Assembly: GCA_015660865.1 (NCBI GenBank)
Contig: JACTUA010000001.1
Coordinates: 200,304 to 264,303 of the forward strand
DNA from: Methanomicrobiales archaeon
Lineage (GTDB): Archaea; Halobacteriota; Methanomicrobia; Methanomicrobiales; JACTUA01
Reading direction: 5' to 3'
DNA: 64,000 nucleotides
Shown piece by piece: positions 1 through 10,244 of the stretch. How positions within the stretch are numbered: the first letter of the stretch is position 1; each line of letters opens with the position of its first letter. Made by a program: the position numbers and the translations under genes. The notes beneath the pieces are model-generated. The model was not told the origin of the DNA. It did no database searches and saw only the letters and a list, made by a program, of their open reading frames with translations.

Positions 1-598
1 TCCGGAAACCGCTCAGGTATTCACTCACTTCTGTGATGCGGCACGTGGTGCAGGCATGCCTGAAAGCATCCTCCCGGGGAGTGCCCCGCGCGAGATCGGC
101 GACCATCCGGTTCACGAAGGCCGAGCATGCCCCCGCAACGGGATCACAGTGGGTGAGGCGGGAACAGGCAATGCTCACCTCTTCGAGAAGCGGAGAGGAA
201 TAGAAGACCCCGAGCGGGGGGCCCCGCATCACCGACCCGTTGGACCTGCTCCCGCCCAGGGTGCGGTGGACCTGTCCGGCAGCATCCAGGGGGGGCATTC
301 CCCCCATCACCAGCGAGAAGACCGCGCTTGATGTCGGGCCATAGAATCCTGGATATCTCAGGTAACCCTCCAGGAGGCGTATCATACAGTCTTCGGGAGA
401 GAATCCGCGGGAGACCACCAGAGAGCGGGCAAGGGCAAGGGCCTGGAGGGTATCATCGGTGTACATCCCCCCTGCCGGCATCTCCGTGACCTTCACCGTC
501 GGTGGCGGATACCCCTCAAGGGGCGCACCCAACGCGTCCCCCACCGCGAGCCCCAGGAGCACTCCCACAGCCCGTTCTTCTTGCAATATAAAGATCAC
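1..598 (-). CDS. ADP-ribosylglycohydrolase family protein (partial, C-terminus runs off the left edge)
   Basis: Reverse-strand reading from GTG 598 (or TTG 586) gives ..LQEERAVGVLLGLAVGDALGAPLEGY..TDDTLQAL..GSRSNGSVMRGPPLGVF..CDPVAGACSAF... The N-terminal GDALGxPxE motif is typical of the DraG/ARH family. It is absent from the ORF track because no stop codon lies in the window. Confidence 0.7.
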   Translation of the reverse strand, partial: MIFILQEERAVGVLLGLAVGDALGAPLEGYPPPTVKVTEMPAGGMYTDDTLQALALARSLVVSRGFSPEDCMIRLLEGYLRYPGFYGPTSSAVFSLVMGGMPPLDAAGQVHRTLGGSRSNGSVMRGPPLGVFYSSPLLEEVSIACSRLTHCDPVAGACSAFVNRMVADLARGTPREDAFRHACTTCRITEVSEYLSGFR

Positions 599-617
599 CA
601 ATAAATTATATTTAGGA

Positions 618-914
618 ATGAACAGTAGAGTTAAAGATGGTGATAGCGTGCAGAAGGAAGAGTTGCTCCACTTACATATGTTGCTCATTCATGTAAAGAA
701 ATATTATGAGAACCTCACTTCTGATGAGATCTTCACTGACCGGTATAATGCCCTGACCATATCACCGGTTCACATCCACAAGAACAAAATTCTCCACAAG
801 AAAGCAATCCTCACCCTCGGGGATGAGATCGTCTCCCACATCAGGGGCCACCGGCCGGCCGTTGTGGAGATGAGCCCCGACGCGGCAACAGGACGCGTTG
901 CTGCTGAACAATGA
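618..914 (+). CDS. UPF0058-family small protein
   Basis: ATG at 618 follows an AT-rich TATA-like stretch. MNSRVKDGDSVQKEELLHLHMLLIHVKKYYENL.. resembles archaeal UPF0058 proteins. The upstream part of ORF 459..914 is antisense to the ARH gene and was discarded. Confidence 0.65.
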   Translation: MNSRVKDGDSVQKEELLHLHMLLIHVKKYYENLTSDEIFTDRYNALTISPVHIHKNKILHKKAILTLGDEIVSHIRGHRPAVVEMSPDAATGRVAAEQ

Positions 915-917
915 TCC

Positions 918-2489
918 ATGGATGAGTTCACGATCTGCCGGGAGATCATCTCCCGCCTCTCTTCTCATCCCCTGTCCCCTTCCCGCCTTGAACACCTGAA
1001 GATCGAGGTCTGCAGGGCGCACCATTCCCCGGTCATCCCGAAGAACTCAGCCATCCTCGCCGCAGCAGAACCCGGGGAGCGCGAACGGCTCCGGGCCCTC
1101 CTCCTCCTCAAGCCCACCCGCACCCTCTCGGGAGTCGCACCCGTCGCGGTCATGACCTCCCCGGCCTCCTGCCCCCATGGGAAGTGCCTCCCCTGCCCGG
1201 GCGGGCCCGACCATCCCTTCGGGACGCCCCAGAGCTACACCGGCGAGGAGCCCGCAGCGCTCCGTGCGCGGGAGCATGGCTATGACCCCTACCTCCAGGT
1301 GAGGGCACGCCTGGACCAGTTTCAGGTCCTCGGGCACCACGTGGACAAGGCCGAGCTCATCGTCATGGGGGGGACCATGACGGCCAGGCTGCGTTCGTAC
1401 CAGCGCGGGTTCGTCGCCGAATGCCTCCGTGCCATGAACGAATTCGGCGGTAACCGGTCAACAGCGGATTCCTTCGAGGAGTTAGCGGAAGAGAACGAGG
1501 CGGCGCAGGTGCGGTGCGTTGCCATGACCTTCGAGACGAGGCCCGATTACTGCCGGAAGGATCATGTGGCGGACATGCTCTCCCTCGGGGTGACCAAGGT
1601 GGAGCTCGGGGTCCAGCACGTCGACGACCGCATCCTCACCCTCAACCGCCGCGGCTGCCTGGTGGGGGACGCCGTCAGAGCGAACCGGCTCCTCCGGGAT
1701 TCGGGGTTCAAGGTAGGGTTCCACGTGATGCCCAACCTCCCGGGCGCAACCCTTGCTGATGACGAGAGGATGTTCCACGCCCTCTTCTCCGATGAGAGAT
1801 TCCGGCCTGACTTCCTCAAAATCTACCCCACCCTGGTGACTCCTGGGTCCGGCATTGAAGAACTCTATCTCCAGGGAGGCTACCGACCCTACCCGGAACC
1901 CGACCTGGTTGACCTGATCGCCCGGGCAAAGGCCATGCTCCCCCCCTATGTCCGGCTCCAGCGTATACAGCGGGATATCCCGGCGAAGCTCATCACCGCA
2001 GGGTCAATACACGGGAACCTCAGGCAGATGGCAAGGGCGCGCCTCGAAGAGCTGGGCGGTTCCTGCCGGTGCATCCGCTGCCGCGAGGCAGGGAGGAGTT
2101 CCCCGGAGGGAACGACCTCGGTTGAAGTCCTCTCCTACCCCTGCTGCGGCGGGCTGGAGCATTTCATCTCAGCCGTGGCGGGAGATTCCCTCATCGGCTA
2201 TGCCCGGCTCCGGTTCCCGGGGACGACAGAGGCCACAGAGCTTGAGAACGCCTCCCTGCTCCGGGAGCTCCATGTGTACGGGCCCCTGGTGCCCCTCGGG
2301 AAGCACGCCGGAGGTCCTGAGTGGCAGCACCGCTCGTACGGCGGGCTCCTCCTCGGCAGGGCCGAGGACCTCTCCAGATCCGAGGGATTCCGCAGGATCG
2401 CCATTCTCTCAGGGATCGGTGTCCGGCCTTATTACCGGCAGAGAGGCTATGAGAGGCGGGGACCCTATATGGTGAAGGAGCTGGCATGA
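918..2489 (+). CDS. elp3: Elp3-family tRNA uridine(34) modification radical SAM/GNAT enzyme
   Basis: 523 aa. Radical-SAM core (VAVMTSPASCPHGKCLPCPGGP, TFETRPDY) plus a C-terminal GNAT-like region (RELHVYG..QHRSYGGLLL). Typical archaeal Elp3 length. Confidence 0.9.
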   Translation: MDEFTICREIISRLSSHPLSPSRLEHLKIEVCRAHHSPVIPKNSAILAAAEPGERERLRALLLLKPTRTLSGVAPVAVMTSPASCPHGKCLPCPGGPDHPFGTPQSYTGEEPAALRAREHGYDPYLQVRARLDQFQVLGHHVDKAELIVMGGTMTARLRSYQRGFVAECLRAMNEFGGNRSTADSFEELAEENEAAQVRCVAMTFETRPDYCRKDHVADMLSLGVTKVELGVQHVDDRILTLNRRGCLVGDAVRANRLLRDSGFKVGFHVMPNLPGATLADDERMFHALFSDERFRPDFLKIYPTLVTPGSGIEELYLQGGYRPYPEPDLVDLIARAKAMLPPYVRLQRIQRDIPAKLITAGSIHGNLRQMARARLEELGGSCRCIRCREAGRSSPEGTTSVEVLSYPCCGGLEHFISAVAGDSLIGYARLRFPGTTEATELENASLLRELHVYGPLVPLGKHAGGPEWQHRSYGGLLLGRAEDLSRSEGFRRIAILSGIGVRPYYRQRGYERRGPYMVKELA

Positions 2490-3640
2490 GGCCCGCGACG
2501 ACCGAGTTCCTGAGGCAGCGGTTCACCGAGTACTACCGGAAGGAGCGCATCCAGGCGCCGCCGTCGGTCGGGGAGAGGGAGTTCGGGTTCATCCTCTTTG
2601 ACCCCGACTCCCCTGAGGTGCGTATGCGGCGGCATATGGGATTCGGGAGCGCACAGGAGCTCGGGGAGTACATCCGGTCCATCGTCCCTGCCCATGCCTT
2701 CTATTCGAGCGCGTACTACACCGCCCCGGGCGCAGGCACGATGGCGGAGAAGGGTTGGACCGGTGCGGACCTCATCTTCGACCTCGATGCGGACCATCTC
2801 ATGCGGGGGCCCTACCGGGCGATGCTCGACCGGGTGAAGGTGGAGACCGAAAAGCTCCTCGCGATGCTCACCGGCGAACTCGGCTTCGCGGAGCGGGAGA
2901 TCCATCTCGTCTTCTCGGGCGGCCGGGGATACCACATCCATGTCAGGGAGATTGCGGTGCGGGGCTGGGGGAGCCAGGAGCGGAGGGAGCTCATCGATTA
3001 TGTCTGCGGTATCGGGATCGATCCCCGGGGGCTCCTCTCCGGCCCTCCCGATGGAACCGGGGGCTGGAAGGAGAGATATATATCCACAATCTCCGAGTAC
3101 CTTCTCTGGCTCAGGGGGCTGGGGCGGGAGAAGGGAGTGGAGCATCTGATGGAGTTCGCCGGGATTGGCAAAGAGCGGGCCCCGAAGTTCATTGAATCCA
3201 TAGGCGAATATCTCGCGGGGCTTGCGAAGGGGGACTACGCGCCCCTTCTCACGAACCAGGCATTCTCTGCCATCTCGGAGAAGGAGGGAGGGAAGTTCCG
3301 AGAGCTCCTCCGCGGGAAGGCGGCCCTTGCAGACGAACCGGTCACCACCGACACGAGGAGGCTCATCCGCATGCCCACCTCCCTTCACGGCGGGAGCGGC
3401 CTCCGGGTCACCCCCGTCCCCCTCGATGACTTCGGTTCCTTCGACCCGCTCCAGGATGCGGTGGTCTTCTCCGATCGGAAGGTGAAGGTGGATGCGGCGA
3501 TGAACCTCACCATGGAGATACAGGGAAACACCTACCCGATCGGGAAGGGGACAAACGTGGTCCCCGAGGCCCTCGCGGTATTCCTCTGTGCCCGGGGGCT
3601 CGCGGAGGTTGCCGGGGAGGGTGGACGTGCCTCTCGATGA
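2486..3640 (+). CDS. priS: DNA primase small (catalytic) subunit PriS
   Basis: ATGA overlap with the elp3 stop. Motifs EREFGF, DLIFDLDADH and SGGRGYHIHV are the archaeo-eukaryotic primase catalytic signatures. Confidence 0.9.
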   Translation: MRPATTEFLRQRFTEYYRKERIQAPPSVGEREFGFILFDPDSPEVRMRRHMGFGSAQELGEYIRSIVPAHAFYSSAYYTAPGAGTMAEKGWTGADLIFDLDADHLMRGPYRAMLDRVKVETEKLLAMLTGELGFAEREIHLVFSGGRGYHIHVREIAVRGWGSQERRELIDYVCGIGIDPRGLLSGPPDGTGGWKERYISTISEYLLWLRGLGREKGVEHLMEFAGIGKERAPKFIESIGEYLAGLAKGDYAPLLTNQAFSAISEKEGGKFRELLRGKAALADEPVTTDTRRLIRMPTSLHGGSGLRVTPVPLDDFGSFDPLQDAVVFSDRKVKVDAAMNLTMEIQGNTYPIGKGTNVVPEALAVFLCARGLAEVAGEGGRASR

Positions 3641-4250
3641 CCTCCGGATCATCATCCTGAACGAGCGGGAGAGCGGCCGGCTCTCGGAGGTCCCGCCGAC
3701 GCTATATGACGGGATCCGCGGGCACCTCGCCTCCCTCCAGGAGAAGGTCTACAGCTGCAACGACCCCCTCTCGGACCAGGCCCAGACCCTGATCGAGGAG
3801 GTGAAAGCGATGAGGGAGATCGTCCGCGATATCTTCAGGATCCGTTCGCGGAAGATCCTCTCCCTGGCCCTCGTCCAGGTGGAGGCCGAGGCCACCGAGA
3901 GGGACGAGCTGAAGAAGATGCTCCCCGCGGAGCGGGAGATGTTCGACGGGATCGTCCGGGAGCTCGAGAAGGGGAAGGCGGCGCTCTCGGGCCAGGTCCC
4001 GAGAGGGTTTCCCACCGGTGAGATTCCTCTCGGGACCGAGAGTCCAGGGGGTACGTGCACCCCCGAGCCTCCCCCCGCTCCAGAAGAGGCCATGGTCATG
4101 GTGCGGATCGTCTCGGACATGGAGCCATTCATGGGGGTGGACGGGCGTATCTACCACCTGAAGGCAGAGGACGTGGTAACCCTCCCCGAGAGGAATGCGG
4201 GGGTCCTGATCGACCGCAACATAGCCTTAAATATCATACCCGGAAAATAA
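3627..4250 (+). CDS. GINS complex subunit (Gins51/Gins15 type)
   Basis: Position directly after priS, as in many archaea. Helical A-domain followed by a small beta B-domain ([37 protein letters not shown]). Start is GTG 3627, 6 nt after GGAGG. GTG 3621 or ATG 3588 are alternatives. Confidence 0.7.
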   Translation: MPLDDLRIIILNERESGRLSEVPPTLYDGIRGHLASLQEKVYSCNDPLSDQAQTLIEEVKAMREIVRDIFRIRSRKILSLALVQVEAEATERDELKKMLPAEREMFDGIVRELEKGKAALSGQVPRGFPTGEIPLGTESPGGTCTPEPPPAPEEAMVMVRIVSDMEPFMGVDGRIYHLKAEDVVTLPERNAGVLIDRNIALNIIPGK

Positions 4251-4290
4251 TTATGATACTTGGGACAGCCAGAAAGGAGGAGGCAATATC

Positions 4291-4569
4291 ATGAAGATGC
4301 CGGTGAAATTCAACACATACTGCCCTTTCTGCCGGAAACACGAGATTCACGAGGTCGAGAGGGTCAAGAAAGGCAAGACCCGGGGTCTCCACTGGATCGA
4401 CCGGCAGAAGGCGAGAAGGGGAAAGGTCGGGAACATGGGCAAGTTCTCCAAGGTTCCCGGCGGCGACAAGCCGACGAAGAAGATCAACGTGCGCTACCGG
4501 TGCACGAAGTGCAAGAAGGCGCATCTTCGGCCCGGCTTCCGGCTCTCCAAGTTCGAGCTCACGGAGTGA
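4291..4569 (+). CDS. rpl44e: 50S ribosomal protein L44e (eL42)
   Basis: [33 protein letters not shown]. Zn-ribbon L44e sequence, 92 aa. Confidence 0.95.
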   Translation: MKMPVKFNTYCPFCRKHEIHEVERVKKGKTRGLHWIDRQKARRGKVGNMGKFSKVPGGDKPTKKINVRYRCTKCKKAHLRPGFRLSKFELTE

Positions 4570-4573
4570 GAGA

Positions 4574-4762
4574 ATGGTCCGTCTGAATCGCGAGAACCGG
4601 AGCAGGTTCTACCGGGTGAAGTGCCCTGACTGCGAGAACGAGCAGGTCATCTTCGGGAAGGCAAGCACCGTCGTCGACTGCATCGTCTGCGGGAAGGTCC
4701 TCGCCGAGCCGGCGGGGGGAAAGGCGCGGATCACGGCTGAGATCCTCTCCGAGATCGAGTGA
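4574..4762 (+). CDS. rps27e: 30S ribosomal protein S27e
   Basis: FYRVKCPDCENEQVIFGKASTVVDCIVCGKVLAEPAGGKA. S27e Zn-ribbon, 62 aa. Confidence 0.95.
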   Translation: MVRLNRENRSRFYRVKCPDCENEQVIFGKASTVVDCIVCGKVLAEPAGGKARITAEILSEIE

Positions 4763-4769
4763 GCGTCCG

Positions 4770-5549
4770 ATGGCCGAGAGGGAGTGGCCCGAGGAAGGGG
4801 AACTGGTCGTTTCCACCGTCGAGGCCGTGAAGGACTTCGTGGCCTTCGTCCGGCTCGACGAGTACGGGGGCCGGCAGGGGCTCATCCCCATATCGGAGAT
4901 CGCAAAGGGCTGGGTCAAGTACATCCGTGACCACGTCCGCGAGGGGCAGAAGGTGGTCTGCAAGGTCCTCCACGTCGACAGGAACCGCGGGCACATCGAC
5001 CTCTCGTTGAAGGACGTGAATGAGCACCAGCGGCGCGAGAAGATCCAGGAGTGGAAGAACGAGCAGAAGGCCCATAAGTGGATCGGCTTTGTCGCCGACG
5101 AGTCAAAGGTGCCGGCACCGGCCATCGAGGAGGCAATCCGCAATGACTACACCCACCTCTACCGCGCCTTCGAGGATGCCGTCGTTGAGGGGGAGAAGGT
5201 CTTCGAGAAGCTGGCCATTCCTGACCCGGCACGGCCTGTTTTTCTCCGCATTGCGGGGGAGAACGTCCGGAAACCCCGGGTCACGATCGCGGGGTACCTC
5301 CACCTCACCTCCACCAAACCCGACGGTGTAAATGTCATCCGGCGGGCCCTCCGGAGCGCCATCACCAAGATCGACAACGTGGATATCGAGCTCCTGTACG
5401 TCGGCGCACCCATCTACCGCATCAAGGTGACCGCACCGGACTACAAGCAGGCCGAGAAGGCCATCGAGAAGTCAGCGATGGCCGCCATCCGGATCATGGA
5501 GAAGACAGGGGACTCCGGGGAGTTCGTCCGCAAGCAGAAGGCCGGTTGA
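4770..5549 (+). CDS. eif2a: translation initiation factor aIF2 alpha subunit
   Basis: S1 domain (WPEEGELVVSTVEAVKDFVAFVRLDEYGGRQGLIPISEI..HIDLSLKDV). 259 aa and conserved L44e-S27e-aIF2a context. Confidence 0.95.
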   Translation: MAEREWPEEGELVVSTVEAVKDFVAFVRLDEYGGRQGLIPISEIAKGWVKYIRDHVREGQKVVCKVLHVDRNRGHIDLSLKDVNEHQRREKIQEWKNEQKAHKWIGFVADESKVPAPAIEEAIRNDYTHLYRAFEDAVVEGEKVFEKLAIPDPARPVFLRIAGENVRKPRVTIAGYLHLTSTKPDGVNVIRRALRSAITKIDNVDIELLYVGAPIYRIKVTAPDYKQAEKAIEKSAMAAIRIMEKTGDSGEFVRKQKAG

Positions 5550-5554
5550 CCTGT

Positions 5555-5716
5555 ATGAGCGGCCGGATCAGGCGCTGCCCCGCCGATTCCACCTATACCC
5601 TCTCACTTTTATGCCCCTGCTGCAAGAGGCCGACCCGCACAGCCCACCCTGCCAGGTTCTCCCTGAATGACCGGAGGGGAAGGCTCAGGAGGATGGCACG
5701 GGTATGGACGCGATAG
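5555..5716 (+). CDS. nop10: H/ACA RNP protein Nop10 (53 aa, below the ORF-track cutoff)
   Basis: Manual translation gives MSGRIRRCPADSTYTLSLLCPCCKRPTRTAHPARFSLNDRRGRLRRMARVWTR. It shows the Nop10 Zn-ribbon and HPxRFS motif and sits in the conserved position after aIF2a. It overlaps the next gene by 13 nt. Confidence 0.85.
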   Translation: MSGRIRRCPADSTYTLSLLCPCCKRPTRTAHPARFSLNDRRGRLRRMARVWTR

Positions 5717-6447
5717 AGATCCGGTGGCTGAAGGAAGAGACTGGTCCTGCCGAGATCCTCATCGAGGGGCTCCCGGGCATCGGCCACGTGGGGAAGCTCG
5801 TGGCCGAGCATATGATCCAGGAGTTCCATGCCTCGAAGGTCGCCGAGCTCTACTCCACCCACTTCCCTCCCCAGGTCATCATCGAGCCGGACGGCGTTGC
5901 GCGGCTGGTACGGAACGAGGTCTATGTGAGCGAAGGTGAGAAGCGGATCGCGTTTCTGGTCGGCGATTACCAGAGCGCGTCCGCCGAGGGGCATTACCTC
6001 CTCTCAGAGGCCTACCTCGATATCGCGGAACGCCTCGGGGTGCGCCGGATCTACACCCTCGGCGGATACGGGGTCGGCCACCTGGTCTCGGAGCCCCGCG
6101 TGCTCTCGGCGGTGAACCGGGCGGAGCTCCGGCCCGACGTCGAGGCGGCGGGGGCCGAGTTCAACCGGGACGAGCCCCCGGGCGGGATCATCGGCGCCTC
6201 GGGGCTCCTCCTGGGCCTCTCCTTCCGCAGGGGGATGGACGCCGTCTGCCTGATGGGGGAGACGAGCGGCTACCTGGTCGACCCGAGGGCCGCGTCGAGC
6301 CTCCTTGCCGTCCTCTCGGCCCTCATCGGGGTCGAGGTGGACAAGAGCCAGCTCGAGACCAGGGCCGCGGAGATGGAACAGGTCATCGCGAAGCTCACCG
6401 AGAGCGAGCGGGCCGGTGACGAGGAAGCCCTCCGGTACATCGGCTGA
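5704..6447 (+). CDS. proteasome assembly chaperone (PAC2/COG1938) family protein
   Basis: EILIEGLPGIGHVGKLVAEHMI..GGYGVG.. is typical of archaeal PAC2-family proteins. Conserved neighbour of nop10. Confidence 0.8.
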   Translation: MDAIEIRWLKEETGPAEILIEGLPGIGHVGKLVAEHMIQEFHASKVAELYSTHFPPQVIIEPDGVARLVRNEVYVSEGEKRIAFLVGDYQSASAEGHYLLSEAYLDIAERLGVRRIYTLGGYGVGHLVSEPRVLSAVNRAELRPDVEAAGAEFNRDEPPGGIIGASGLLLGLSFRRGMDAVCLMGETSGYLVDPRAASSLLAVLSALIGVEVDKSQLETRAAEMEQVIAKLTESERAGDEEALRYIG

Positions 6448-6450
6448 TCC

Positions 6451-7566
6451 ATGCTCCTCGACACCGACCTCCACATCCACTCCCGGTTCTCCATCGCTTC
6501 TTCGCGATCCATGGTCCCTTCCTCGATCCTCGCGGGATGCCGGAGGAAGGGGATCGCCGCTGTCGGGAGCGGTGACGCCCTCCACAGGGAATGGCGGCAG
6601 ATGTGGGAAGAGTCTCCCGGGGAAGCCGGGGTTCTCGTCATCCCGTCGGCTGAAGTCGAGGACCGGAACCGGGTCCACCACCTCATCCTGGCCGAGACAT
6701 TCGGGATCTTCGAGGATCTCGCGCTCCGGTTCTCACCATCTGCCCCGTCCATCACAACAATGGGACGCCCTCACCTCAGGCTCTCCGGAGAGGAGATCTC
6801 CCATGAGGTCCACGATGCAGGAGGGCTGATCGGTCCTGCCCATGCCTTCACGCCCTGGACCTCCCTCTACGCATCCTTTGACCTGGCCCGGGAATGTTAC
6901 GGTGAAGAGAGGCCTGATCTCCTGGAGCTCGGGCTCTCTGCCGACTCATCCTACGGCGCGGGGATCTCTGAGCTCCGGGGCATCCCCTTCCTCTCCAACT
7001 CGGACGCGCACAGTCCCTCGCCGGTGAAGATCGGGAGGGAGTTCAACAGGATGCAGGTCCAGGTCCTCACCGTAAAAGCGGTCCTCGAAGCGGTTCAGAA
7101 AGGCGGGATCGCAATGAATGCAGGGTTCTTCCCTGAAGAGGGCAAGTACAACCGGACTGCCTGCACCCGGTGCTACCGGCAGTTCACCCTTGAGGAGGCG
7201 GGAAGCCTCAAATGGCGCTGCCCGGATGACGGCAGGCTCCTCAAGAAAGGGGTCTCGGACCGGGCAAAGGAACTCTCGGACAGTCCCGGCGAACCCAGGC
7301 CGCCGTACCTCCACCTCATCCCGCTCCTCGAGATCATCCAGAGGGTCCTCGGGACCTCGAGCCCCAACACCAAGCGCTGCACCGCCCTCTACACCCTTCT
7401 CCTCGAGACCTTCGGAGACGAGATCCGGGTCCTCGTGGATGTACCTGTTTCAGAGATCCAGGGGCTCAACGAGGAGGTCGGCGACGCCGTCGGGAAGCTT
7501 CGCACCGGACAGGTGCAGCTCTTCCCGGGCGGCGGAGGCCGCTACGGGAGATTCTCCTTCGGGTGA
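6451..7566 (+). CDS. endoQ: endonuclease Q (PHP-domain, TIGR00375-like)
   Basis: N-terminus MLLDTDLHIHSRFSIASSRSM..GSGDALH matches the PHP-type start of archaeal EndoQ. Internal Zn finger CTRCYRQF..WRCPDDG. 371 aa. Confidence 0.8.
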   Translation: MLLDTDLHIHSRFSIASSRSMVPSSILAGCRRKGIAAVGSGDALHREWRQMWEESPGEAGVLVIPSAEVEDRNRVHHLILAETFGIFEDLALRFSPSAPSITTMGRPHLRLSGEEISHEVHDAGGLIGPAHAFTPWTSLYASFDLARECYGEERPDLLELGLSADSSYGAGISELRGIPFLSNSDAHSPSPVKIGREFNRMQVQVLTVKAVLEAVQKGGIAMNAGFFPEEGKYNRTACTRCYRQFTLEEAGSLKWRCPDDGRLLKKGVSDRAKELSDSPGEPRPPYLHLIPLLEIIQRVLGTSSPNTKRCTALYTLLLETFGDEIRVLVDVPVSEIQGLNEEVGDAVGKLRTGQVQLFPGGGGRYGRFSFG

Positions 7567-7659
7567 CCGGCCTCTCTCGACCTGGACCTGCGCCCTTATC
7601 CCGTATTCCTGTCTCCATCTGGTTCACCGTTGATCAGTCCCGGGAGAGTCTTCCTGCCC

Positions 7660-7986
7660 TCAGATCTCGATCACACCGGTATTCTCTTTCCCTGCGGGCG
7701 GAGCCGCCGGGACTACAGAGGCAAGTGCCCCCATCAGGTTCGCGACCTTCGGGTCCTCGAGGACATTCCTGAGCGCCTCGAGCTCCTTCGGGCTCCGGAT
7801 CATGATGCCTTTCCTCTTCATCGGTGTTCCCCTCTCATCGACAGGGTTGATCTCAATCGCAAGGGTGGGAGGCCGTGTTGTGGTTCGTGGCATCCTCAGG
7901 ATGGAGACCCCGCGGAGCGAGGTTGCCTTCCGTTCCCAGTCCTTCCCTTCCTCGAGGAAGTTCTCGAGTGTTTCCGTGACGTTCAT
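7660..7986 (-). CDS. hypothetical protein
   Basis: 108-aa ORF with non-degenerate composition lying between convergent and divergent neighbours. No recognisable motif. Confidence 0.4.
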   Translation of the reverse strand: MNVTETLENFLEEGKDWERKATSLRGVSILRMPRTTTRPPTLAIEINPVDERGTPMKRKGIMIRSPKELEALRNVLEDPKVANLMGALASVVPAAPPAGKENTGVIEI

Positions 7987-8221
7987 GCGGGTGACTCGTC
8001 AGGGTGATAAGATAAATCCTCGCCGGGCACCCTGAAAGTGCCCGAAAGCAGGGAGGGAATTTTCCCGGGGGGTATCGTCCTTGCACCAGCTATCCCTCAC
8101 CCTGCGGGGATCATCACCCCTCTACCCCCAGTCCCTGCAAGAGCCTACCACCGTGTTCATAACTGGGAAATCCCAATACTGTTCCAGCCTCTTAATCGAT
8201 ATCCCTGGTGAGAGTTCCGTC

Positions 8222-9382
8222 ATGAAGGAGGAGACCTCGTACCGGAAGTCCCTTGGCCTCGTGGAGCTCGTGAGCCTCGGGGTGGGCGGGACCATCGGCT
8301 CGGGTATTTTCGTGGTCCCGGGCATTGCTGCAGGGATAGCAGGGCCCTCCTCCATCTTCGCGTGGCTCATCGTCGCCCTCTCGGCCTGCTGTGTGGCCCT
8401 TTCCCTCGCCTGGATCCAGGCACGTTCCCCGTCAGGCACGACCTTCACCGCCATCTTCGAACCGGTCTTCGGGCCGCGGGTCTCTGGGATCATCGTCTCT
8501 ATCTACCTGGTATCCTCGGTCTTCGGCATCGCGACGATCGCGGCAGGCCTCGGCCAGTACTTCACCTTCTTTGCGATACCCCACATTCTTGCTGCCGAGA
8601 TCTTTGTCATCATGGCCTTCCTCGGCGTGAACCTGATCGGGATCGCCTTCTCGGGAAGGACCGAGAATATCCTCACCGCGGCAAAGATCGTACCGATCGT
8701 GATCATCGCGGTGGCCCTTATCCCCTTCATCCGCATGGAGAACCTGGTGCCCCAGCAGGTCGCCGGGCTGCCCGACATCCTGAAGGTGGTCATCATCGTG
8801 TACTGGCCCTTCACCGGCTTTGAGATCAGTGCCATTCCGGTCGAAGAGACGCGGGATCCGAGGACCATCTCCCGGGCGCTCCTCCTGGTCATGCTCCTCG
8901 TCTGCACCATCTACCTGGTGCTCAACCTCTCCCTCATCGGCTCGGTTGGCGCAGCGGGCCTCGCGGCATCCCCTGCACCGGTCGCGTACGCGGCAGGGAT
9001 CATCTTCTCCGGCGCTGCACCTGTCGTCGCCGTTATCGGGATCATCACCATGTTCTCTGCCCTGAATGCCTACATCGTCGGGACATCACGGGTCCTCCAG
9101 AACATGGCTGCGAGCTTTCACTTCCCCAGGCTCGCCGAGCTGACGCTCCGCGGGACCCCCAAGAATGCCCTGGTCATCTCCTGCATTCTCTCGGGGGCCC
9201 TCCTCTTCTTCTCCAACTCCTTCGGGCTCCTCGCGTCGATCGCGGTCGTGACCACCCTCGTCCCCTACGTCGCCATCTGCCTCGTTGCCTTCATCCTTTC
9301 GGGAGATGTGCGGGTGAGGGTCCTGGGAACCGTCGGGGCCGCCATGACGGCAGCCATCCTCATCCTCTATTTCGTCTTCTGA
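8222..9382 (+). CDS. APC-superfamily amino acid permease
   Basis: Start at ATG 8222 ([34 protein letters not shown], the APC signature). About 12 hydrophobic segments. The upstream 47 codons of the ORF-track entry are judged non-coding. Confidence 0.85.
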   Translation: MKEETSYRKSLGLVELVSLGVGGTIGSGIFVVPGIAAGIAGPSSIFAWLIVALSACCVALSLAWIQARSPSGTTFTAIFEPVFGPRVSGIIVSIYLVSSVFGIATIAAGLGQYFTFFAIPHILAAEIFVIMAFLGVNLIGIAFSGRTENILTAAKIVPIVIIAVALIPFIRMENLVPQQVAGLPDILKVVIIVYWPFTGFEISAIPVEETRDPRTISRALLLVMLLVCTIYLVLNLSLIGSVGAAGLAASPAPVAYAAGIIFSGAAPVVAVIGIITMFSALNAYIVGTSRVLQNMAASFHFPRLAELTLRGTPKNALVISCILSGALLFFSNSFGLLASIAVVTTLVPYVAICLVAFILSGDVRVRVLGTVGAAMTAAILILYFVF

Positions 9383-9972
9383 TTCTCTTTCTGATCCGGA
9401 ACAGGAGCTGAGTTGGGCTGGGTTCCATTCTCCTCGACAAAGACCGCAGCAGAGATGACCGTGGTCCACTTGCCGGTCTTCTCCCCCTGCGCGGACTGGC
9501 AGATATGGGTTGTTTTGAAGATCTTCCCGCTCGCCTTGTAGATCTGCTCGCGCTCCTGCCAGGCCTGGTCCTGGTCGAACTCGATACCCAGGGTGGTGGC
9601 GAGCATGGTCGCGGCAAGGTCCTCGGCATACTCTCCTGACTTCTCGGCGGTCTCCCCGAAGGTGTGGTGCTCGGAGAGGTACCCGTACTCGTCCTGGGCA
9701 CTCGGGCGGGCGAGGCCGATGGCTGCCGAGATGAGCCGGTTCGGCTCGTTGGTGTCGCTCCTCGCCATAACGACGAAGACGATCTGCCCGGGCTGGAGGA
9801 TCTTCAGGCCTTCGTCTGCAGGGACCTGCTTGCATTTAGGAGGGAGGATGCTCGAGACATGGACAAGGTTGAACTTCTCGATTCCGGCTTTCCTGAGTGC
9901 GAGCTCGAAGGACGCGAGCTTGTCCTTGTGGATGCCGACGCCCTTCGTGAAGAAGATCTTCGCGGGAACCAT
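9367..9972 (-). CDS. pdaD: pyruvoyl-dependent arginine decarboxylase
   Basis: [45 protein letters not shown] contains the SS self-cleavage site of PdaD. It has a C-terminal tail of about 35 aa that overlaps the convergent permease by 16 nt. Confidence 0.9.
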   Translation of the reverse strand: MVPAKIFFTKGVGIHKDKLASFELALRKAGIEKFNLVHVSSILPPKCKQVPADEGLKILQPGQIVFVVMARSDTNEPNRLISAAIGLARPSAQDEYGYLSEHHTFGETAEKSGEYAEDLAATMLATTLGIEFDQDQAWQEREQIYKASGKIFKTTHICQSAQGEKTGKWTTVISAAVFVEENGTQPNSAPVPDQKENQKTK

Positions 9973-10244
9973 TACTCAGTCTTGTTCGTTTTACTTTTTT
10001 AAATGTATGGGAACGCCGGAGCGGGAAAAAGACTTATATATAGGGTTTAAAATGGGATTATTCCCGTAATCTCACTTTTGTTTTCCCATGGATGCACATC
10101 CTGTATTCTTTTTCCCTTTTACCTGAGAAACTCTTTCTTTTCCCCATTCAGAGCAGGTGATGCGAGCCGGTCAGGAAATATCCCCATTCGCGCCGCCGGC
10201 CGGTGCGCAGGGGAACACTTTTTACGTATCTCTCCCATACCAGA

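Noticed and set aside
56-331. Plus-strand ORFs 56..331 and the 5' part of 459..914.
   Set aside because: They are antisense to the clearly coding ADP-ribosylglycohydrolase frame on the minus strand. Only the segment from ATG 618 matches a known small-protein family.
2465-3655. Very long antisense or off-frame ORFs throughout the GC-rich parts. Examples: 2465..3655-, 10899..11837-, 12361..13194-, 15170..16927-, 17546..18631-, 27993..29135-, 37116..38402-, 41421..42941-, 43046..44638-, 50756..52144+.
   Set aside because: They lie opposite or out of frame to genes with unambiguous family signatures. They have Arg/Pro/Gly/Asp-rich low-information composition, typical of stop-poor frames in high-GC DNA.
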